From: Nemertoderma westbladi
Lineage: Eukaryota; Animalia; Xenacoelomorpha
Direction of reading: 5' to 3'
Assembly: GCA_032718475.1 (NCBI GenBank)
Contig: JAUCBJ010007300.1
Coordinates: 124,001 to 188,000, forward strand
DNA length: 64,000 nt
The notes below the pieces were generated by a model. That model saw only the letters and a program-made list of their open reading frames with translations. It had not been told where the DNA came from and ran no database searches. Of the stretch, positions 39,301 through 51,300 are shown piece by piece (position 1 is the stretch's first letter; every line of letters begins with the position of its first letter). The position numbers and the translations under genes are program-made.

Positions 39301-42300
39301 ATAGGAAATGAGCAGTTTGCATTGAAATTATTTCGTACCAAAACAATATACTTTTTTATTTCCTTGCTTATTTATTTCCACTTTACCAATTGGAGCCCAT
39401 TTCTTTGAGAAGGGTTCCCCATTATTGTGGATATCAGATGTTACCTCATGTACCTCGTTAATGAGTAGTTCTGCAGTTAGCATTCCGTAGTCAGACAGAA
39501 CGAACAGACGGTAATATCTTACAAGAATCATCTTAATACTGGGGAGAGATGAGAGAAATGCGGAACCCATACAGGGGGAGATCGACGAAGCTACGGACAA
39601 TAAACCAAGGAAACAATAATGAAACATGTTTGACGCTCTATCGGGAAATTATTTGCCTTGTGACATTAAAGGCGCTGTTTGATTTACATGAAAATTATAA
39701 ATAATACGATATATATAAAATATACGTTCTGAGGAACAAAACATTTTAACATTATAAAAGCAATAATTAAAACCACTTCTATCAAGAAGAAGTAATCATC
39801 AATAAGCTTAGCTTATTTAGAAGGTTTAGTAGCTTATATCACTTAACGAGGCTCTTGAAGCAAGTCATTTGCTCAAGCATCGAACATACTGCTTGAATGA
39901 TATTGTAATAAGTTGTTCAGAAATGGAAAAAATTAGAAATCATGTCACCTTGGGTTGAACCAGCGCTATACCAACGTTTCAGCCTTTCAGGCCTCTTCAG
40001 TAGCGCTAATAGGTTCAGCCACTCTCCCCTGACATTCACCTTTCTATTTATTCCACTTCTACTGAACAGGCAGTCTTTAGACGGCTTGTTCAGTAAACTG
40101 CAACTTCTTAGTTGTATCATTCGTAGTTCTTTAGACTGCAACTAAAGACTGCCTGTTCAGTAGAAATTGAATAAATAGAAAGGGAGTGTCAGGGGAGGGT
40201 GGCTGAACCTATTAGTTAGCTCCACGCTCAGGACTCAGAGGTCACACCCATAAATTGTTTAATCAGTATTCTAGGCTACAGGTATGTAAAGGTTCTTTTT
40301 CCAACGCGAAACGTGAAATGTTGTGTCTATATGGAATTATTTACCAGAATACATTGTTAATGCCAGAACACTAGAATGTTTTACAACTAATTTACGTAAC
40401 TTCATTATATTAACATGGTGCAATTTTAACCGATTTATGTAAATATTCTGTATATAAAAGTTCCTTATTTTAATTTTGTTTTAGCTGCGCACTTAACATT
40501 TATTTTATCTTATCATTTTATAGATTTCCTCTAAATTTAATTTTATTTAATCTGTAATTAATTTGAATTATAATTTAATCAAATTGTTATAAGTGCTTCT
40601 AAGCCTAGGTGGTCTTCTCCCTCATTTACTGAGTTACCTTGATAGTATATTATATGGAATTTATTACCATATATTTTATTTAGTGCTTTGTGCATCTTTT
40701 AATTTCTTGCGAGTGTAATAATAAATAAATAAATATTAGCGCTACTGAAGAGGCCTGATGGGCCAAAACGTACGTATAGCGCTGGTTCAACCCCCAGTGA
40801 CGCGCATTCTCATTTTTTCCATTTCTGAACAACTTATTACAATATCATACTGCTTGAAAACCATCAGACACAATTGCAACAATGTTATCGAACCGCATTG
40901 TGACATGGTATGCTGACTACTACACCATAGAGGATCGTTTATTGGGAGATACGGGTTCGATCTCGGCTGGTGGTGAATTCATTATTTCCTCTACATTTGC
41001 TATGAGAGTTGGATTATCCTAAGTCCTGTTTAAATTACTTAATAATTTATACAATATATGGATGTCAAAACATATAAGCAATAAATAATAATAATTAATA
41101 ATTTTTAATAATAATAATTAATAATATTTATGCTATAGGCGATGCTATTTCCATTAATCGAGCGAACCAAATAATTGATATACACATTCCTCGAGAGGAC
41201 AAGGATAAGATTAATCGTACCTTGTTCACTCCTGAGATTCCAAAAGGGAAAGATCATCAGTTCTATATGTCTAAGTAAGTATATAGGCTATTACAATTGA
41301 TATGTCTAAATGGCTTAATGTTTTGTATAATGTTACTTATTTACTATGTCTATATGATTGCATAATTTAGTATGGTTAAATTTGATTGGCAAGACCCCTA
41401 ATTAAAACTATGTATTTGTTATCAGTGTTACAATGCAAGGAGACGCGTCCATTACTGTGGAGGTGTTTCCAGAAGACATTATTTCTAGCGAATATTATTC
41501 GGTGTATTTGAGACACAGTGATGAACCAACTTTAACACAATACGACCACAAGATAGTTCTCCCACGAACTCTCAGCAATATTGGTAATATAAATAATAGA
41601 TTGTTTCAACTTGTCTTTTACATTCACTGTTCACATTTCATTGATATATCATAATATAAAATACCGTATTATTTTATCTGAGTATTTTGCCGTTGCCTGT
41701 TTAAATTAGGGTGGGATAAAATGACCATACCCATCCAACCAACATTTTTAATTCAATAATATAGCTAAATTCGATGCAGTTTATACCTACCCAAAGTATC
41801 TGCATGCCTTTATTCATTAATCGTACTTGAACCATCTGTCATTCAAATAGAATACCGGTACATATTATTATTGCACTTAATCGGATTCTGTATTTGTACT
41901 AACATATATACAATATAATCGGGACCATTGTTCTTGAGAAGCCGGTGAAGGAAATTTATTGACCTAATTTAATTTGATTTAAAACTTGAAGGTTGATGGA
42001 TTTCACGTGCCTGTGGCACATTAAGCTCCTAAAACGGGTTAGTATCTCTAAAGGTTCCTTTTTGGTTTCTTTTTGCCTTATTGTTTTGGTTTCTGGCTGT
42101 GAATACTGTCATGAAAATATTCCCCACTAGTACACGGTCCTTCAACTATAACCTTCGTGAGGTTATATTGTTTAACTTTATTTCATGAGACCAATTTGAA
42201 TATACACTGGAAAGTAAAGGCATAAATTATATAGGCTTATACAGTACGCACTATGTATTGTATTTATATATAAACGTTAATATTATATTATTTATAGTAT

Positions 42301-45300
42301 TACCATTGTAATATATCTTAGTTCTTCACAAATATCATATCATAATAAAATATATATTCCTAGAGAAATCGAGGCATTCTGGGGAATTCTATCCGGATGT
42401 TTATACGGCATTCTTCGACAACCGAATTTTAATGGACAGTGGAATATATTATGTTGGACTGAGACCGCGGCATCGCAATCGACGGAAGTTCTACAGTAAT
42501 GAGTCATTTATTGAGGATAAGGTAGAAAGATATAGTTAATCGATTTATTGAGGATAACTTTATTAATATATACTTTATATAATTTTCAATGGGATATAAG
42601 GATATAAGGAGACTGGGCATATATAATATTGTTAATTAATTGGTTCGTGGTCTTATCAATAATAAATATTTAAACTGATTTCGTTTTTGCAGAATATTTT
42701 TTAGAGAATATAATTAATTTACAGGTTTTTATGAGTAACATATCCTACGCTGTCTACACAACAAGCTGCCAGTCATACGATGATGACGCATTGGTTAACT
42801 CATGGATTAGTGATGGATGTGTAGTAAGTATATTAATAAACATGAGAGATATTTATTTGAGGGTAATATTATGATAATGTTACCACAGAAACCTTTCGGT
42901 AATTTATTATGGTGTTATATAGTAACCGATATTGCTGAAGGTATGTGCTGTTTTTCATGAATCAAATAAAATACAGTATACCAGTAACTAAACTATACTA
43001 GTATACAGATAAATTTCACATTAAATCTGACCTTGATTAGAGTAAAATATCCTGTATGTGAATATACTATAAATAGGAACATACGGTAGTCGAATACACG
43101 ACACTATTATTAAAAATGCGGACTTTATTGAATCTAGTCTCACCCAAAAATATAGCCTCTCAGCCAAAAATGTAGGTAAATGTTTATGCTTTAGGTAGGC
43201 TCTCACACAAACATGGATGTAGCTGAATGTCTCTGCACGCATCTGTCTACGTTCACTGCTGCTCTGTTTCCACTTCCACCCCCAATCAACTTTGAGAGTC
43301 TCAACTTTGACTTTGAGGTGATGTATCCCCTCTACATCCTTATATTCTCGATATTCTGGATCTATGCAATGGTGTTGCTTTGGGCAAGGCGGAAAGATAA
43401 AAGTGATGGAGAAATGGTTCGAATTTCTTATGCAAATAATATTTAATTGCGTTACATTTTATATCTCCAGTATATAATCAGTTTATAATATTATATTGTA
43501 TTGTTTTTCTTAAAATGTCATTTCTTTTGTGCTCTTTAAATGAAGTTCATGGTTTCTGATTGCTGTTTAAATTACAGTAGGATAAAACGTCTAAAGAAAT
43601 ACATAGGAATTACTTGTATCTGTATCTGTACAGGAGGCTTAACACCTAACTCAAAATCTATACTAACTTCGTAATCTATCTATAAGATAAAAAGTTGTTA
43701 CCAACTTTTAAAATAAGAAAAATATCTCTACTAACTTTTAAAATAAAAAAAAGTCGCTATTAATGCTATAGTTAGTTGCCGTGTTATGGCGCTAACGGCA
43801 TTCCATAGAAATGGGAAAGGCTTCGGAAGAAAAAATCCCGATAGATATTGGGTTGCCGGGTATATGTTGGAGACAATGCGAGGGTAAACTGGGAGAGCAG
43901 AACTGCAACACTCTTTAGGAAACAAGCCCTGACCGAGTAGAGCGGATATGGGGTATCATCCTCTAGACGAGGGAGAAGGAAATATAAGTGAACAGCAGTT
44001 TTTGGGAGGAAAAAGCCAATTTAATTTAATAAGACAATTACTTATTATATGGAAGACTAAAATGATTTGTTATTTTTCTAATATTTTAGGTCTACTGCAG
44101 TGGTTATAAAAGAAATGATGCAGATATCTCTGTTTTATGTTTGAGGTTGCGTTCTATGTTTGTGCAAAACAGAATGGTCTATCAGCAGACTGGAATGATG
44201 TGCAATGACTATTATTGCATTGTTATGTTTTAGGTTGGTCTTTGTCCTCTGCTTGATAACGACCCCAATGACAACTATTATTACGAAGTCGCAGTCCAAA
44301 CTGGTATGAAGTTCAACGCTGGAACGAAGTCTCACGTATTCTGCCAATTCTTCGGACACAATTCGCAATCCGAGATACATTTATTACGGGATCCAAAACG
44401 CAGTACTTTTGGTATTAACCAACTCAATCATTTCCTATTGGCTACCAAACAGTTAGTATGGGATACTCTAACGTGGAATAAGTTCAAGAACTTGCTTAAT
44501 GCTTGAGTTTTTATCTTATTGTTCATTCGTGAGTCTTTCTTGGACTGTCATTAATCATATTTAGGAATCTCCTCACTAAAACATTGTTCTAAAAGTTGTA
44601 TAATTATCTGAAAACAGTGTTACATATGAAAGTATAGCCCCTCCGGACAAAAGTCACCCCGGACAGTAGCCCCCAGACAGTGTTTACACCATTGTATTTT
44701 CTATTGTGTCAATTGTTTTGAAAAGCACCGTGGTCCCCATGCAGGGAGGGATCAAACCCACGACTTCCATAGAGACGTGAATCATCTACGCCATGGTGTG
44801 GAATTTGGATTCTATACATTTATTTTAATATATTATTTATATTTATATTTACTATTACTATTATTATTATTTTAAATTCATATTATTAATTTTAGATCTC
44901 TCGGTGCAATTAAATTCTTACACATTTGGCACGATAATTCTGGCGAGGGACGCCATCGAAGCTGGTATCTCCAATTTGTGTCGATTAAAGATATTCAGAC
45001 GGAAGATAAGTTTGTTTTTATTTGCGATAGTTGGTTAGCATACGACAGAGGGGATGGGGAGGTATGTAATACGTAATAATTACTCTACGAATGACTAAGT
45101 ATTGTTTATGTAATACTTCATCCATGGGGGGGGGGGGGGGGGGGGTGGGTGTTGAGTTCCCCTGAGTAAAAGCCCCCACCCTCCCATGACCACGAGGTGA
45201 TGAGATGAGTTAAAGGCTCCTCTGACTCCTGACGATATTGTTTAGAATAGACTAAGCTATACTCACTGTATGTCCAAGTTTGCATGACCTGGTAGAAGTA

Positions 45301-48300
45301 GTAAGCTAAACAGATATACTACATATAAAGCTATACTTTCAGTTTCTTGCCTTATTGATACAACAACTGCACAGGTACCAGATGTTCCATACACATTAGC
45401 GGGTACAGCGGGTTTTACCCGCAGTCCTAAAGGTTGTCTTAAACATTATACTACACTGCTGAGTAGTGGTCCACTGATTCCAAATATTATAACCTCCCCC
45501 AAATTCCTGTAACATCTTCTACTTCTTCTACATCCATCTACTTCAGAGACCATGTCATCTATTCCTTGGACAAGGTCTACCATTACCTTCTAGCATCCGA
45601 AATGATAAATACAGTACAAATATATCCAAGGATTGTGTTTCAGATTGAGCGCTACATAAATGCGGCGAGTACCGCATCGCGGAGAGGTTTCGATAACCTA
45701 TTCGGAGAGCAATCTAGAGAAATGTTTGCAGATGACCACATCTATGTCTCTGTGTTTATGCGACCACCAAGCAGTCCATTTACCAGGGTTCAGGTACGTA
45801 CAAAATCTAGGTATTCTAATTTTATAGCGGCACACTATCGCGACCTTTTTGTTCTATTCACGCTTATTTTAATGTGAACTGAATATTTTTTAATATAATA
45901 CTGGCATCAACCAGGGTAATCAACGAAATGAAAAAATAATATTTCTTTCTAATTACGTAACCTTGTCAATGTCTGACAGAGGTTGTGCAAATTTCGAAGA
46001 TCGTTTGATTAGCCCCGATATATGTTTTAGGTTTAATGTACATCAAGTATAAATGCGTCACATAATGTACCAAATTTATAAAATTGCTGTTGAAATGGAC
46101 TTAATAGTCATTTAATACGGTGGTGCATTGAATAAATGGAATAGAGAGATATAAAACTTACAAAACGTACGAAAAAAACTGCTGAGTGAAAATGGTTTTT
46201 TGAAATTTTTTTGGTCTGATTCATGTTTTGCACTGAATGTTCCATCGAATGAAAAAAACTACATTAAATATTGTGGAAAGGTGAAAATAAGTGTAAGTGT
46301 CTGTCATCTGTAATACTGCCCTATTGGCCTGAGAAGCAATATCTGAGGCAAAAGGCTCGTGACAAACTTAATTTTTTTATTTTTATTAAGTATACATTTA
46401 TTTTTTTAGCGGTTGACTTGTTGTTTAGCATTTGTTTGCTTGGAGTTTGGAGTCGCTTGCGCGTATTATACGACGACTTTAGCCGGCCAAGGCTCCGTAA
46501 ATCGAATCTTACTTGGACCGATACCAATTCCCGTGCAACAGGTTGGACGAACAGCTAGAATTATATATTATTAGACTTCCTTACCACTTTTGGAATATTT
46601 GCACAACAACTAGACGATTGATTGTACGTGGCAGGACAGGACATTTAAATATTTAGATATTTAGTGGTTGTTATTGTTACTTTTTCAATTGGTATGGATA
46701 TGCTTTATTAATATCCAGTGTGGTCATGATTACAGTAGGGGATTAGTAGTCCTACTAACTGGACTATCATTTGAATCAATGAGTCAACTTCATAACTATT
46801 TAACTAAATATTTGATTTATTCGATTTTAATTATACATCAAGAGATGACAAGGCAAAAAGTTATTTGTTATTACTGCAATGCGTTAATATATTTCACAAA
46901 ATTGTTTTTTCACCTTCCCTTATTTCTTTTTCAACTTTTTTGCTCGCTTTCAAAGCTACCGCTCCCGCCGAAAAATCAGATATTTATATCTTTAGAAAAA
47001 AGTTCCACCTTTGCTCCTTAAAGGCGCCTTTGAGGATTAAAATCATTTTTGTTCCGTTATAATAAATATTAAATTTAAAATTATTAACATACTTAATAAT
47101 AGTATAATATAGTACACTTCCGTAATTGTCATGTTTCCACTGTATAATTATATATTTTATTTATAGTTTGGTATCGGGTTGATGTCAGCTATAATGGTAT
47201 TTCCTCTCACTACTATTATAATTGTTCTCTTTCGATACTCAAGAGCGAAACTAAGCAATGAGAAGAAAGATCCAAAGAAGGCTAACTATCAATTATTTCC
47301 TGTAAGTTGGCCTACGCTTAGCTATGTAGGGTAGGCCTACCGAGGTCAATAAATACATAGTCTGGAAACTAATAGTTAGTGGTGGTCTATCTGTATCCAG
47401 TGTGTACCGGTAACGGGCCTGACTCATATGATGTGTCCTATGGACGTTAATGTAATGTCAACCACCTTATAAGCCGAATAAATTCACCAGACCTATAAAG
47501 TTATACATTATATAGCTCCGGTTCTACCTACGGAGTTACATTTCCATATATTTCCACTATTTACCCCATGTCTCCATATTTGTATATAATTTATTATAAA
47601 AAATGTTGGCCTATTTTGTGTAAGGTATTGTATAGGTATTGTGTAAGGTAATTGTATTCACCCATTTCTAGGCCATGGCCGCTATTCAACAAATATATAG
47701 TTAAATTTTTAACATTAAGGGGGGGGGGGGGGGGGGCCTCCTTGGGTAAAATTTTCACATTTTTGGTTTTTTATTTCATCTGATGCAGAATTTAATGGGG
47801 AGTTCAAATCTTGAAACAGTTTGGCGAGATCTTTTTTAGTTCTCGAGTTATCGCTGTTTTTACGTCTATCCCTTTGTCCGTCAAAATTTAGAAGACAGAC
47901 AGACAGACATGCTGTCAGACAGACATATTAGATGCCACCAAACATTAAAACCACCATCAGAAATGAAATCACCGACCCCGAAAACCCCTATATTGATAAT
48001 TTTAGTGAGTTGGTATGAAGCCATAGTGTCAAACATTACTGACCGATTAACAGACTACAGACAGTCAGGTTTGAGCGGGAACGTTCAAATTTTAAAGCAA
48101 ATTATCTCGGAATTACATTTCACGATATTTCCATTTTTTAAAATACTACTCCTCCGCCGTTTTTCACCCAAATTCGATAATTTATGGCTCGTTTGAAAGG
48201 TTTTTGAACATCTTGAAAAATTATCCAGCACTTTTTCGAAAAAAATATTTTTTTTAATATTATTGAAAATTTTCATTAATTTTATTAATTTTAATTAATA

Positions 48301-51300
48301 AATTTAATTAATTTACTTAAAAATTTATAATTTAAAAAATCGGCTGGATAATTTTTGTAGAAACGATGGTGCTGAGTCCAAAAAAGTTGGTTTAAAAAAA
48401 ATTCGATAAATATTAAGGGACTAGTAGTGTTTTTAGTGAAATATTTAATTCCGCCACTCGCCGCTAGAGGGATACAAAAAAATTTAAAATTTCAATTTTT
48501 GTTGCTCTTTGGCCTTCCCCACGTTGGCTGAACACAATATAACAATGATATTGACCTAAAAAACGAGGTTTGAGCTGTTTAAAGAAAAACTCTCCTGAGG
48601 GGGTACCCCCCCCCCCCCCCCCCTTAAACTGAAACTTAATCTTTGTTTTTCAGAGTTATGATGAAAAGAAGCAGAACATGAGAAAGAAAAGGAAAGGATT
48701 TTCGCTTCCACATTGGTGCTCCTATATCGCATGGGTTCTGTCTATCTTGGCTGTACTAATTGGCCTATTTCTTCTGCTATTCTATGCCGCAAGTTTTGCA
48801 GGTAGACGTGGCAATTAATGAAGACAAATAATATAATTAATTATTTTGACTGTAATTGATGCTCCATTTAACTTCTGCATTTAGTGTCCCCTAAATTTTA
48901 TTATTAGTATAATTATCAGGTTAAATTATTATGAAGATCATAAGTTTAGATATATTTTATAAGGTTATTGCGAGAATCTTCCAGTACCTAGGATCATGGA
49001 TAGTGAGTAGCAAAAAGGACATAGAAGTTAGGAAAGCAAAGGCTTGGGTAGCTCTATCAAAAATGGATACCATCTGGAAATCAGATCTCTCCAGGCACCT
49101 GAAGACTAAGTTCTTTCGAGCCTCAGTGGAAAGTGTATTTCTATATGGGGATGAGACCTGGACACTGACTAACTCACTTGAACAACGAATTAATGGTTGC
49201 TACACAAGACTACTAAGGACAGCTGTAAACATCAGCTGGAGACAACACATGACAAATCCAAGCTTTATGGTACAATACCACCTGTATCAACCACCCTCCG
49301 TGAACTCAGATTAAGATTCAGTGGGCACTGCTGGCGAAGTAAAGGCGAGGTCATACCAGATCTACTTTTCTGGCAACCAACTTATGGAAATCGTAGTCGC
49401 GGACAACTGGCCATAACATATATAGATCAACTTGAAAGGGATACTGAACTTGGGAGAAACGAAATTGCGACAACTGGAGAATCGGGAAGCCTGGAAGGAT
49501 CTAATTTCCACTGTCCGAGTTCGCTCGACCTATTAGTAGTAGTATTGCGAGAATCTAAGATATTCCCTTAAAACCTTCAGAGGAGTTGGTAAAAATTCAG
49601 TTGACTATAGAGCAGATTAAAATGTTGAATGCCCTACGGGTCCTGGTACAATATCCCCTGGACATCCCCATGAAATCTGTGTGCGCAACTTTTGCTTAAT
49701 TTGTTCTTCAATTTTGGCTAACTCGAGGGTAGGTTCCTTGTAAATAATAGAGTGCTCATTTTAAAAGCAAATTAGTGTTTTCGGTAGTGTCCAGAGGTGA
49801 GGGGGACTGAAGGGGGCAATAAAAATTAATTCTCCCTCCCCCCTTGCCTTGTAGTGTCACAAGTTCACAACTACATCAATAGTAATGATATGTATCTTGC
49901 TGTTTTCTAATGGGCTTATAAAGTACAATACTAGTAGTGGTGCCTTATTAATCAATAAAATGCACGACTAATAACTTACAGTATAATCGAGTAAGGTCAG
50001 TCGATTTCTAAGTAATGAATTGAATTGCACTCAATAAAATCAATTAAGTGATTTTATTTTCATGTTTGGATGAATGTAGTCTGTCTGTTAATACATTTGA
50101 CAGACAGACAGATATTGAGTCCGGCAGATAAACAGAAAATACCGCCAAACATGAAAACTCACATCAGAAATGAAATCCCTCAATAGGAAAACCTCCAATA
50201 TCGAAATTGTTAGCGTTTTGTTTCATTATTGTTAGTCTACGTTTATTAACAAACATTCTTACAGACAGTTTTCAGCGGGAAGGTTCAAAATACAATATTT
50301 TGTCTAACTACAGTACTGTGTAGTTTTTTCGATTTGTCGGAGGCAAAATATATCTAGAGCTTAAATCAAATATACCATTAGAAAGCTTGAAAAATTTTCT
50401 ACAAAAAGAGATGTATTCCAAAAATTTGAATTTTGGGACATGTGTCCTTTCTACTGCAACCGCCACATTTTTCATATATCTTTATATTTAATACTTATTG
50501 CAAAAAAGACGCAAGATGGCGATGGTTAATACGGAAGATTACCGACCAACATTAACAACCAAGTTTACCAACCAACTTTACTACCGGCCAACTTTTACCG
50601 AAAAACTTTCCCAACCAACTTTACCGACTAACTTTACTGACCAACCTTACCGACTAACATGAACATCCAACTTTACCAACCAACTTTACCGACTAACTTT
50701 ACTGACCAACCTTACCGACTAACATGAACATCCAACTTTACCAACCAACTTTACCGACTAACTTTACTGACCAACCTTACCGACTAACATGAACAACCAA
50801 CTTTACCAACCAACTTTACCAATAAACTTTACCAACCAACTTTACAGACCAACTTGAGAGTCAAACTTTACCGACAAAGGTTTATTTTAACTTCGTACGT
50901 GATAAATAAAATATGATTTAATTATTTACAACTTCTTATATTTTGTAGGAATTCCACGTAAACCGTGGAATATGGATCAGCTGCAACAAGAAGTCGCCGA
51001 TATGACGTTGGCAATGGTGACGTCGGTTTTTACATCTATATTTTTAATGCAGCCATTAAAGGTACGCATCTAGCTACCTCCTACGTATAACTTTATGCAC
51101 TATATACACCACGTCCTGGAATATATTGTCGTTATTCAGGTACCTGGACCACCCCCCCCCCAAATTTTTCTACGAATCTTAATGAGATAGCATGGAATTT
51201 GAAACAGAGATAGTTTCACCTCCCTCCTCCTTGCTGGGTGAGCTAGAATTTTTATTTTTGCCTTCATTCTTTAGGTACATGCGTTTGAAAAAGGTGTCTC

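Larger units (their letters stand above)
39897..40848. mobile_element. Palindromic Penelope-like (inverted pLTR) non-autonomous element with two hammerhead motifs
   Basis: Arm 39897-40080 versus 40142-40215 plus 40740-40848; direct repeat ACTGCTTGA at 39888-39896 and 40849-40857. Confidence 0.8.

Noticed and set aside
40930-40980. Possible tRNA (GGTTCGATC)
   Set aside because: Isolated B-box-like word with no cloverleaf; at most a SINE relic.
43780-43990. GC-richer block, possibly a retroelement leader or ribozyme
   Set aside because: Could not fit a defined structure or family by eye.
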